Positions 9,718 through 21,992 of a stretch of 64,000 bases of DNA are shown piece after piece. Positions within the stretch are counted from its first letter, which is position 1. Every line of letters begins with the position of its first letter. The DNA is from Paraphysomonas bandaiensis (lineage: Eukaryota; Protista; Chrysophyceae). A model generated the notes under the pieces. It saw only the letters and a list, made by a program, of their open reading frames with translations, searched no databases and had not been told where the DNA came from. The stretch is taken from contig CBFFRP010000290.1 in the NCBI GenBank assembly GCA_965644295.1, forward strand, positions 1-64,000. The letters are read 5' to 3'. The translations under genes were made by a program, and so were the position numbers.

Positions 9718-11256
9718 CTAGTACCAATACTTATTACCTGACACTAGCCGGGAGTCTCTGGAGCTTAAAGCCATTTCTGATACATTATTTCTCTTTTTAC
9801 CACGACTGAGAGCATTGCTCAGTAAGTCGAGCATATCCACTACCTCACCTGCATGGTCTTCTTTTTCCATTTCAAACACGGTTTCATGCTGTAAATCAGC
9901 ACATGAATCAACGACGTACTCGGACTGAACTTTCACTGCGCATTTCAAATGCTTTTCTCCCCTCCAATACTAATAGGCATACTGCTTGCTTGCGTCGTCT
10001 TCAATAACCTCGAGACATACACTCTCCGCTTTTCTACAGGTCACGGGAACCCACTTGTCACGCTCATTTTGTCGATAATGAGGCATAAACCTTCACAATA
10101 GCTCTCCCGCATAGTGATGAAGCTTGCAATACGAACTCACAGTTAATAATGGCACGATTCACAGTGTATTCGCTCTCTCAAATTCCTTCTGTGGGAATAA
10201 GTCGATCCAGCGGAATATGTCGATCCAGCAAAAAAATCGACCTTTTTTCGTTATTTCTCTGAAATATATTCGTCAAAAAACAGCATGCATCAAAAAAACC
10301 TGGATTTTTTTGCTGGATCGACATATTCTGCTGGATCTTATATTCCCACACACAGAATTGTTGCCTTATTGGAATTCCAAGACATCACTATCTAAGTGCG
10401 TGGCATTCGCTACTTCAAAATTGAAGTTGCGGTTTCTGCAGCACGACATCAAGATTTCAGCTGGATGATGGTATCTTGTTCCCTCAAACCATCCCTATCT
10501 GCTTCTTGGAGTTCCAAAACGCTGTTCACATACCAGTGCCTGCCCATACTTCAATGTTCTGTTCGACGTCACACTTTAGTCAGCCGCATTTGCGATTACT
10601 ACACAATCACAACTTCACTGCAATCAAGTCAGAGTTATCATCACGACTAAGATTCGTGTCCTCACAGTGAGTGTTGCCTGGAGTGACACTTCTTTATTGG
10701 CATGCTCCATTTCTGATTGGCTTCTGCGGTATATTTTTTTGGACAAGACGATGAAAAACGACGCTTTTGTTCTCGTTAGCGCGAAGGGCATCCCAGTAGA
10801 GCTCATAGAACTCCCATCCATACACTCGTATCCAGAATATACTCCAGAGCGCAAGTAAAACTCCCTTGCCTGACAATCCTGGAGTTTTACTTGCGCTCTG
10901 GAGCTTGAGGAAGATTTTACTCCCTTGCCTGACGATCCTGCAGAGTGTTCGATCATGGAAGACCGCAGTCCTGATCCCTTCTATCAGACATTGCATGCTC
11001 TTACTTGTCCAGATACACTGGATGAAATGATTCGTTACTAATATTCGCCGCAAGGGAATGGATACTTTAAACGAGCAGCAGCATGTGGCAGCTCGAACAG
11101 CCGAACTGGAGACATCACGGTATCATGACCAGCTCACTGAAACCAATTCATTTCCGTCGGCTGACTTAACACTGCTTCCTGCATCGTTTGTTTCTACTTA
11201 TTTAGTAATATTTTTTGCTATCTGTTCCTTAGTCTTAGTTTGTTTCATTTTTACCA
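9718..11256 (-). pseudogene. Degenerate coding remnant of unknown identity (probably transposon-derived), interrupted by a TIR element
   Basis: Long minus-strand frame with scattered stops (...MPHYRQNERDKWVPVTCRKAESVCLEVIEDDASKQYAY*YWRGEKHLKCAVKVQSEY...). No family recognised. Confidence 0.35.
10190..10350. mobile_element. MITE-like element with about 48-bp imperfect TIRs
   Basis: TGTGGGAATAAGTCGATCCAGCGGAATATGTCGATCCAGCAAAAAAATC ... GATTTTTTTGCTGGATCGACATATTCTGCTGGATCTTATATTCCCACA. Confidence 0.75.
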
Positions 11257-11535
11257 TTAACTAACATTCGATACAACGTAACTTTTACTTACATAACCTT
11301 TCGACACTTAGTAACACTTACTTCTATTCACACTTAGTAACAACTTAGTAACACTTACTTAGTAACACTTACTTCTATTCACACTTAGTAACAACTTAGT
11401 AACACCATATTTATACATGTGTAATGAGGCATAAACCTTCACAATAGCTCTCCCGCATAGTGATGAAGCTTGCAATACGAACTCACAGTTAATAATGGCA
11501 CGATTCACAGTGTATTCGCTCTCTCAAATTCCTTC

Positions 11536-11696
11536 TGTGGGAATAAGTCGATCCAGCGGAATATGTCGATCCAGCAAAAAAATCGACCTTTTTTCGTTAT
11601 TTCTCTGAAATATATTCGTCAAAAAACAGCATGCATCAAAAAAACCTGGATTTTTTTGCTGGATCGACATATTCTGCTGGATCTTATATTCCCACA
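11536..11696. mobile_element. MITE-like element, second copy (carried by the tandem duplication)
   Basis: Same sequence as 10190-10350, offset by 1346. Confidence 0.75.
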
Positions 11697-13920
11697 CACA
11701 GAATTGTTGCCTTATTGGAATTCCAAGACATCACTATCTAAGTGCGTGGCATTCGCTACTTCAAAATTGAAGTTGCGGTTTCTGCAGCACGACATCAAGA
11801 TTTCAGCTGGATGATGGTATCTTGTTCCCTCAAACCATCCCTATCTGCTTCTTGGAGTTCCAAAACGCTGTTCACATACCAGTGCCTGCCCATACTTCAA
11901 TGTTCTGTTCGACGTCACACTTTAGTCAGCCGCATTTGCGATTACTACACAATCACAACTTCACTGCAATCAAGTCAGAGTTATCATCACGACTAAGATT
12001 CGTGTCCTCACAGTGAGTGTTGCCTGGAGTGACACTTCTTTATTGGCATGCTCCATTTCTGATTGGCTTCTGCGGTATATTTTTTTGGACAAGACGATGA
12101 AAAACGACGCTTTTGTTCTCGTTAGCGCGAAGGGCATCCCAGTAGAGCTCATAGAACTCCCATCCATACACTCGTATCCAGAATATACTCCAGAGCGCAA
12201 GTAAAACTCCCTTGCCTGACAATCCTGGAGTTTTACTTGCGCTCTGGAGCTTGAGGAAGATTTTACTCCCTTGCCTGACGATCCTGCAGAGTGTTCGATC
12301 ATGGAAGACCGCAGTCCTGATCCCTTCTATCAGACATTGCATGCTCTTACTTGTCCAGATACACTGGATGAAATGATTCGTTACTAATATTCGCCGCAAG
12401 GGAATGGATACTTTAAACGAGCAGCAGCATGTGGCAGCTCGAACAGCCGAACTGGAGACATCACGGTATCATGACCAGCTCACTGAAACCAATTCATTTC
12501 CGTCGGCTGACTTAACACTGCTTCCTGCATCGTTTGTTTCTACTTATTTAGTAATATTTTTTGCTATCTGTTCCTTAGTCTTAGTTTGTTTCATTTTTAC
12601 CATTAACTAACATTCGATACAACGTAACTTTTACTTACATAACCTTTCGACACTTAGTAACACTTACTTCTATTCACACTTAGTAACAACTTAGTAACAC
12701 TTACTTAGTAACACTTACTTCTATTCACACTTAGTAACAACTTAGTAACACCATATTTATACATGTGTATTCAATATTCAACCACCTGATCATGACTTAG
12801 TTCTAGACCAGCAGACCATGGCATTTCTTACAACCTTACATCTTATTATACTTATAAGAGACAGGTAGCTATCTACTATATACGATAAGAATAGTACGTA
12901 AATCGTATACCGAGCGTAGCCTTTAATCAGATTCAAGAATCAGTAATCGAATTCATTATTCACGAACATAAGTATATATCTGTATGCTTTGGATTGTGCA
13001 AGGTAGTCATATTATTTTGCTGTATATTCATATAAAATAATTTCTTTTGAGTGCCCAACGCTATATTCATACGACGTGATTACTTCATCATGAACAAACA
13101 TTGGCGCAAGTTGTAAAATAGGTACAAAGCATAGAATGTCAAGCATAACTGCATTCAATTATAACCTCTGTTTCAACTACAACTCTACATTTAACACCCA
13201 ATGGCGTAAATATCTATGTTATTATTGCGGATCGGGTATCTATTTTGAGCATATTCACAGTGAATTGAGCCAAAACTACGAACGCCTACTCGTTCACTCC
13301 TGTTGGAGTACCTATTCTTACTCCTACACTACCAATTCCAGGAATGTCTTTGAATGGGTATATGTCTTCTTATAATGGCGACAGTGTTCAGTCATGTCGC
13401 GGGGGCATTATAGCAGTTCATTGCTGGGCTGGATAACATGGAGGACGTATAGGGGGTCTCTTACTTCTTTCCATTGTCTATGACTATGAGCCTTCTGCTT
13501 CCTCTATGGCTATGATCTAGCGTATTATGAATTCTCCTATCGGCATCCTCCTCCTGCATAGATATGCACATATGGCCACTTATCCCATATATGGGATACA
13601 TGTACACTCATTCAGTATACTCGCGGTGTGAAGATATCCTACAGTACAGGACAGTACAGCAGTACAGTACAGCAGTACAGAGTACAGCACAGCAGTACAG
13701 TACCATATGAGGTCATGGAAGTTAAGTTGTACGTTGTATACATATACAGTGCAGTGTATAGTATGATGAGCATACGCCGTACATACACACACCACATCAG
13801 CTCACAAACCTACACATACATATATATATAACAGCAACTTGCAATTGCACTTAACTACATTAAGTGGTTACTTCGTTTGAGAAGATAGAAAGCGAGGCTT
13901 AGCGATCAACACTTAGTAGA

Positions 13921-16900
13921 ATGGAAGGTTTATCTGATTCTGAGGGTTTTGAGGTGGAGAGAACTATGCGGGACAGACTCTTGCAGTGCAGAAACGAACG
14001 GCAGAATTTAAGAAGTGAAATGGATAATTTAGATTCAAAAATAAAGTACCTCATTGGACGGTTGAAGCAAAAACCACGAGAAAATGATGAGCAAATAGTC
14101 GCTACAATGCAAGCGATTGAGTTCAATCACGCCACTCGACCTCAGACTAATGTGGACGAGAGAATCTTCATGCGCGAAATCGATAAATTAAAAAAGAAAC
14201 GCAAGGAACTTGCCGAGTATAATTTAACTCAGTCATCTATCGACGAATTGAAGGCCCGTAAGAGTTTATTGCAAGCAACATTGAAAGAGAAGGATGTTCA
14301 ATTGGACGAACTCTACCGTGGCGTACGAACGTTAAGAGTCGCTAGGATGTTGAATTGTAATCCTGCGTCTTTAATTGAGAAAGTCGTGCCTCTCCCCGAA
14401 GAAAAAGTTTCTCAAGTTATTGGGCGTGGGGGAGCGTCTATAAAAAATATTGAAATGGAATGCAAGGTTGGAATAGACTCTGACAGAGTTGGAGGGTGTC
14501 GCCTTCACATTGTTGGAACATCAGATGGAGTAGATGCAGCAGTTTCGAAAATTCAAACTGTCTTGGATACGGTGACGGAAGAACTATCTTTGTCTGACAC
14601 AGTCTTGATATGTTTGCTGATGGACAAAGCTGCGGTACTGCAACGAATTCAAGACCGCTGTGGTGCTCGAATAGATACAAGTCGCTCGAATAAGATATGC
14701 AAGATTACTGGACCGCCTGCTGAAGTGGCTTTAGCAGTTGATGAAATTTCTCGATTGGATTGTGCGAGAAATAAAGTTCCATTGGATTCCACTGTACTGC
14801 CGTTTCTATTAGGCAAAGGTGGTGCAATCATCCGGGCTCTTCAGAATGATCACAAGGTGCATCTTGAAGTGGATAGAGAAGCGCTGATCGTTGAAATCAT
14901 CGGGCTGCGTGATCGAGTGGAGGCTGCTTCAGTTGTGATTACTGATCTTATTAATGAAAATAAAGAAATCGAAGACGAGATTGTATGTGATAGGAGCGTA
15001 TTGTTAGATGTTATTGTTGGTGCCAAAGGCGTACATATCCGGCAGCTCATGAAAGACCTAAATGTTGGTCTGATAGTATCTAAGCCAGGAGATGATAAAG
15101 ACAAGAATGCGTCATCTATTGTGCATGAGACTGAGACTGTTCTGATTAGAGGCACCACGGCACGTGTCTTATCTGCGAAGCAACACATTGCTGACATTAT
15201 AGAGAAATACAACTCTGAATCTGAAGTGATTCCACTTCCAGAGAACTGCGTTGCTGTGCTACTAGGCAAGAAAGGTGCTCGCATTAATGCAATCAGAGAA
15301 GAGTTTCCAAATGCGTCAATAGATGTACGGTCTAGTTCTCTTACTGTCCGACTTCATTGTACAGATACTGTAGTGAGAGATGCTGCGCGACGTGCTATCC
15401 AGGACATATTTGACGCGAATGCACAGTTGGAGCTGCCACTCGCTCGGCTCACTGGCATATCGCTGAAGGGCAACCAAGGCAGCAGCACAAGATCTAAATT
15501 GCAGAGTGAATTAGATCTGAATTTTGATATCGATACTGAAGCGGAGTTAATACGGTTTAGAGGTCGGGCAGAGAAGTTTCCCGCTGCTATTGATATTATA
15601 AATGAGTTTAGTGACGAAAATTTTACTTTGGAAAACATTTATCATGAGGAGGAATTCGGATCATTTTTATCTGGTAGCAAGGATGGGACACTTGCTAAAC
15701 AGATTGAGAAAGAATTCAACGTTGAGATGTATTTCAACCGTAAAAATCGCACAGTCCGTATTGTTGGGAAGAAAGCAGCAGTATTATCGGCAGATGAGTC
15801 TATAAGCAGAATACTCCACGGTGATACATCAACTGGAAAGTCTGTCGTTATAGCTGTAAACGCGCAAGCTCTTGGGCCTCTTATAGGTAAGGGAGGTTCA
15901 AATATTAAAGAATTCGAAACGAAAAATGACGTCAAGTTGGATGTTTTACGCTCCCGCAACCAAGTGCGGATTCGCGGAACACCTGATGCTGTCAAAGAGG
16001 GTACAGTTGCGTTGCTTAAATTCATAGATCGTAGCAAAATATATGCTACTGTTGACATTGGTGAAATCAAGCATAATTTAAATGAAACAGATTGTACTGC
16101 TGTTGACGAAAGGTTCGACTTAGAAAATCTACTTTCTCAAGCCCATAAAGCCGATGAACTGTTCGGAACGGAGTCCACTGTACCCACAGATGCGAACTCT
16201 GTTGTATTCAGTGGCTCATTCAGACAAGTTGAGAGTGCTAAAAGATACATGAAGAGTGAGTTAACTGGGATAGGTGATGCTAAGATACCAATTTTGCGGC
16301 AGCATATAGACCATTTTCACGACACAATGTCGTCTTTTACTAAACTGCAAGAAAATGGCGCATCTTGTGGTGTTGAGGTATCCCTAAGTTGTATCGACGA
16401 AGAAACGAGGCTACGAAGTATTGATGAGACTCAGTATGCGATTTGTGTTAAAGGGCCAACGAAATCACTTACCAAAGCTCGTAACAGTATTTACCGTCTT
16501 CTAGATTACTTGTTCCCAGCTGAATTTTCATCAGTGGCAGCGGACGCATTTACTTTGCGTCACATTTGGAACGATAGTGCAGTATTATATGAATTTTCAA
16601 AAAAATTTCCGGATGCCGTTATGTCATATGATTTTCCTATGTCATGCATTCGCTTTGCTTGTCCAGATTCTTTTATTCTCAATCAAGCTGTTGAGTGTGT
16701 GTTGGATGTTGTCATGGATTGCAAATCTCGAATTGCCGTTATGGACGTAGATCTTGATGTTTTACAGCTCCTTGTCTCCAGAAATACATCGGGTTTGAAT
16801 CGCATTGAGAAAAGACACCAAGTTACAATAGAGCTTCCGAAACATGGCAGTTGCACCGTCGTTATGTACGGCCAAGGTAGTTCTGCGGTTCAGAGTGCAA

Positions 16901-18165
16901 AGTCTGAACTATCGACATTATGTGACACTGTGGCGCGGGAGAACTGGCAGATGACATTTGATCAGGATATCATAGGGTTATTAATCGGAAAGCAAGGGGC
17001 CAACGTGAGAAAGCTTCGTGCAGAAACGAAAGCTTCGATTGATATTGATGCAGTTACCAGATTAGTGAAGGTTTGTTCTGTTGTGCTGTAAGTTTTTTTC
17101 TGATGCTGTGTAGGTATCGGGCAAAGAAGATAATGTCTTTGATGCAAAAAATAGAATTCTGAAATTCGTTGCAGACAGGGAGTTAGAGAATAATAGTGTC
17201 GAACTTCCCATACCAGTAGCTGGTATCCCCATTATTATTGGTACTAAAGGTGCAACAATACGGGAGATTAAGGCATCAACTAACATCAGGGGCATTGATA
17301 TCGACAGAGAGAATGGTGTCGTTGTGATCAAGGGAAGGTAATTTCAGCCCATTTGTCTAGCACTGTTAATAGTGTGACCTGTATAGACCTGATTGCTGCA
17401 AGAATGCAGCGACCTATATCACTGAACGGTTGGAAGCGGAGGGTATAATGATGACTGATAATTTGAAACCGCGTGTGACACCGATAACTACGAATGATAT
17501 CGACGAGGTAGAAGATGTACAAAGTAACGCAAGCAATCGTAAAAGCAATGCCGATGAAGTTTCTAAGGCTCCTCCAAAGGTAGTGTGAAGGCAATTGTGT
17601 CGTCATTGTAAAGTTCATTACTTTTATGCAGGTTCCTGTGGGCGCACCTCCAGATATAGTTGCACGCATGAATGACGCTTCCTTAAGCAAGTCTAGTGTC
17701 CGTCGTCTAAGGCGTAAGCTGCGAGAACAGAAAAATGAAACAGTGACAAATGGTGGAAAAGACTCTGATTCTGATGAAGAGCAGACAAACAATTTTGAAT
17801 CGTGTTCGTCAAATGCATACACCAACAAAGGCGATGATCACGAAGATGCCGAGCATGACAACATGAAGGAGTTTGAAAGAGTACCAGATGTCCCACCCCA
17901 TTTTTCTTCGACTCCATCTGCGAGCCAATCTCATTCCTCGAAATCATCGGCAAATGCCAGTCGAACTGACAGTCCAGTAGTCAGTACTCTTGATGGAGTA
18001 GCAGGAAATATTTTATCTATGCTGCTTAACTCATCCCCTTCTAGTCCTCATCCGACCCAATCAAGTGATAGTGCTATTCCCAGTTTTCAGCATGAAAGTG
18101 CAAAGGTCACCGCGCCTGTTGACTATTACAAGAGTAAGAGCGGTTTTGCCATTCGGTTAGAGTAG
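13921..18165 (+). CDS. Multi-KH-domain RNA-binding protein (vigilin/Scp160-like) with N-terminal coiled coil
   Basis: Repeated KH GxxG motifs (VIGRGG, LLGKGG, IVGAKG, LLGKKG, LIGKGG, LIGKQG, IIGTKG); three short GT-AG introns near 17071-17114, 17338-17387 and 17580-17631. Confidence 0.88.
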
Positions 18166-18629
18166 CGTGCATAGTGCATAGGAGTGTCAATGCTTGTCTT
18201 TTTGCCATCGATATGGCGCAGTTAATTTTTTTCTGGCGTTTTTGACGCTGAAGAATTAATAATTACAAATAATCATAAGCGAATTTGGTTTAAACTACAT
18301 CGCAGGGTGTCGGAATTGTTTTCCTTTACTCCCGCTCTTTTTTGCTCACAAACAACAAAACTCAACAATGCTGTTTCAATTGAACAGCGGAACAAACCAC
18401 TACTTTTAGTATTTCGCCTCACTGCACACAATACGCCTATGCAAAGTATGAGCGCCAATCATTATAAGTATTGCGATATTGAATATTAAGCAATTAAACG
18501 ATGTATTTTAAGGCTACGTGAATAATACAGTAGCCAGAGATATTTTATAGGCTATAATATAGTTTAGACAAACTAAAATATATTGAGTACTGACTGTATA
18601 AGGTCCTGACAATAGAAGACCTAATATCT

Positions 18630-20170
18630 AATTATCCCCATTTTTTTGACCTGATTTTGGCTCAACAAAAAAGCGCTCATATCAGCACCGTGCAAATATA
18701 GACATTCAACTTCAATATTCGGTTCAAAGAAGGATACTTCTACCTTAATTATGATATTGAGAGTCATATGTATATACGTGATTTCGCTATATTACACAAT
18801 TATAAAGAAACTACATTGATGAGCCCACTATCCAAAGCTGATCATCAAGCACTCCAAGCTATATTCCAGCCTTCGACTGCTGTAGAAGGTCATAGTGACG
18901 TCAGTACAAGCAACCTATCTTCATATAACCAGGACTTCGAAACAACTTCAAGTATATTTCAGGAAAGTTTAGTACCATATCTGATGCTGTATAGGTGGTA
19001 AAGGGCAGTGACATCCAGTTGTTTTAGGGTTTGGGTCGCATTGTGCCTACCGGATATTGTGTGCCTCATATCATACACACATCATTCGATCAGATGCACT
19101 AGAAAAAAGAAAGGAAGTTAAGCGCATTGTATATAAATGAAATGATGATGCTAATTAAGGCAATAAGAAGCCTTTCGTGCGACTACAACTGTTCACATTC
19201 ATCATCATACTTATGTACGAATTTCAACACCTCGCAGTTGCTATTCCCTCAGCATCCTTCTGTGGTAGTAGTGCATTTGTTGTAGCTCTTATATATATAA
19301 ATTAGGGGGTTTGTTGTTTGTGTTGATCTATATAGTGCAATTGCTATTCCCAAAGCGTACACAGCCAGTATACATACCATTCATTTGAAACTATATGAAT
19401 TCTCATTTGTTTTTTTTAATGTTAATCACAGGAAACAACTATTTCTTATTACAGCAAGCAAGCTACTAATAGCTATACAATCTACTATTAAGTTTTCAAC
19501 ATCATGAGGATAAGCTACAATATATCCGAGGAATAAGGAGTACCGTCCCTTGTCTAAATTTTAAAACTCGGGCATTTCGCCTCCGTGGTATCTGCCCCAT
19601 TCCGAGGGCGTGGCCATAGTGTAGGCTGGCTGGTGCCCCACCTAAAACACCGAGATATAGCACTGATTCTACTACCCACCCACCCGTGTACCAACGCAGC
19701 TGACCACATAGATCACGCGCAGATTCTGTAGTCCCCTCCACCTGTGTTAACCTTTGCTGAGATTACGCGGGATTTTTCATAATTATGCATGACTTTTATA
19801 TATGTAATTCGCGCAGATTCTAGTAGGACCATGTGTACCTTCCCATCATTACCTAACAAAGATTACGCGGGGATTTCCGTGACCATGCATGACTCAGTAT
19901 AGGTCTAGTGTGACATTGGCCGCCCCCCGTCCCTCCCCTAGAATGCGCGGGGTTTCTCGTAATCTCATATAGGCTACGTAGGTATAGTGTAGATCTAGCT
20001 AGAGCTTTCTTGATGCCAACACACGAATAATACGCTGAGATTTTTATTAATAACCTATACGTTACTTAGCTTAGTCAACACTAGCACTTCACTAGGGTAC
20101 GCTCTCAGAATGGGGCAGTATCAAAATTTTGAGCGCGGGACGATATAGCTTCTTCCTCATTGCCCGTGGT
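18630..20170. repeat. Old dispersed repeat, copy 1 (second copy at about 60760-61665), with a nested TIR element
   Basis: Colinear diverged matches, e.g. GATCATCAAGCACTCCAAGCTATATT / GATCATCATACACTCCAAGCTATATT, CCAGGACTTCGAAACAACTTC, ACAGCAAGC..GCTAC, ATAAGGAGTAC. Ends are approximate. Confidence 0.75.
19593..20117. mobile_element. Non-autonomous TIR element with TG...CA ends and 5-bp TSD GTATC
   Basis: Left end TGCCCCATTCCGAGGGCGTGGCCATAGTG versus right end CACTAGGGTACGCTCTCAGAATGGGGCA; GTATC at 19588-19592 and 20118-20122. Confidence 0.8.
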
Positions 20171-20653
20171 TAAATATAAACGATTGACAATGACTGATAT
20201 GTGCTACTGACTATAATTTTGCTAAATTACAGTTGGGTGAGTTCAACGCTCAGATACGAAAGTTATTTTACCATACAAATGTCAAATCTTGATTAATCAT
20301 TATGATGGCTAGCCTTAGTGTTGATGCCAATGTGACAATGAATAATCTTATCATGCCAGACTGTATTTATACTTTAGTACAAACTTTCCATTTAAAATAC
20401 TTTGAAGCATCAATGTTTAAAACCCCATACTATCAGAAAACGCATATCCAAAATTAAAGTTACCGACAATATTTCACGAATATTCAAAAACTAAAAACAT
20501 ACATAATTTTATCGCTTATTAACGTCATACTGCACAGTATATACTCCAATGACAGCTCAGTAATGTACTTATGATTGTATATATCACGTTCTCTATTTAT
20601 TTAGTGTCGTTAACCGTATAAGGCAATATCCACACTGCTTTGGTACCAATCTG

Positions 20654-21238
20654 TTATGTCGATTCATCATGGCCCTATGTAGAAACCAAATATTGTTAAA
20701 TATTGCTATATATGTCATAATCAAAACCTTATGCAACTCCAAAAATTCGAGTAGAACTTGTGGCAATGGCTGCCGTTTAATCAAGTTGTTAAGATATTCT
20801 TCGAAGCTTTTCTGGCGGTTATCAAGGCATTCTGATGAGTGACCAAACCACTTCTTTTCAGGGAAAGAAAATTCTTCCGACTCCGGAATATTAAGGGAAA
20901 GTAAAGCACCATGCAGGCTCTCGAAATCTGAGTACCTCTACGACAAATATTATCAAAATATTACTAGCCAGAAACATAAGAGAGAGCCCCTCTCACCTTC
21001 TCAAGCATCCACTTCGATCCTGACGACAAACATATTTCAACGGGAAAGACCTATAAAACAACACACTTGACTTATGTTTCCCTCACTAACTCATTAACCA
21101 TACTTACAATGTGATCACTCCCTCTCCAGGGACCAATCACGAGGCTCTCTATCTCACTCCCGCTATACATAACTTATCACTTTAATCCCCACTCAGATAT
21201 GATATATCTAACCTTGAATTATCATTGGAACCTTCCAT
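20654..21238 (-). CDS. Small PX (phox homology) domain protein, five exons
   Basis: Spliced translation MEGSNDNSSGSEIESLVIGPWRGSDHIVFPVEICLSSGSKWMLEKRYSDFESLHGALL...FPEKKWFG...DNRQKSFEEYLNNL...LLEFL. RYSDF/FPEK/R..L..YL are PX hallmarks; introns are GT-AG. Confidence 0.85.
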
Positions 21239-21992
21239 CGGTGTAGCTGATTGCTTTGATTGTCGTATCTTGTGCTATGGCTCGGTTATGTTAAGTGGTG
21301 TGATGGTACTGCACATGTACAGCAGAGTGTAGTCGGTATTCTGGTATTGTATTTGGGTCAAAATCTACAGCCCAAAGCAGCACATATAGAGCACTGTATA
21401 TCTGGACGTATATTCCGGTATTCCAACGACATGAAGTTAGTTCTAGAATGTCCCATCTCTAGATCTGTATGTAGTGTGTAGGTACCGGGGATACATCTAC
21501 TATGTTGAACAGTGAGAACCACACACAACGTAGACTATACTACTCGTATACTGTACTACACTATACTTCGTATCCGGGTATACATACCGTATACCGTATA
21601 TATAACACAAATGGACGTTATGAAAACGCAATCTCAAAAATTTAGGAACAAACTTGTGAAAAAAATTAGCCACATCTACCATACACACATACCATACCAC
21701 ACCACACCATACCATACCATAATACTGTAGGGCACCAGTAGAGTGGATGGGATGAACAGCATTCGACTGTGTGAACTATTCAACTTCTATCAATATATTG
21801 AAACACCAGTCGCTAATTGAGTTGAGGCTATTAATTGTAACCAATGAACAACCTAAACGAAGAAGTATTTGACTTCTGATGCCTCTCATTTAAAGTATAC
21901 AGCCTAAGAGATCGTTTTAAGGAATATCTGTTCGATAGTTTGATAGCTGTTTAAGATTTGATTTCAGCGTTAAGAGTTTTCACCAGCACGTG

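Larger units (their letters stand above)
10076..12767. repeat. Tandem duplication, 2 x 1346 bp (10076-11421, 11422-12767)
   Basis: All ORFs repeat with a 1346 offset; the junction has TA microhomology. Confidence 0.95.

Noticed and set aside
11306-11405. ACTTAGTAAC repeats as CRISPR or telomeric repeats
   Set aside because: Too short, spacers are themselves repeated, and the unit is not a G-rich telomere repeat.
13136-13570. Possible small gene upstream of the KH gene
   Set aside because: Could not assemble a stop-free spliced frame or recognise any motif.
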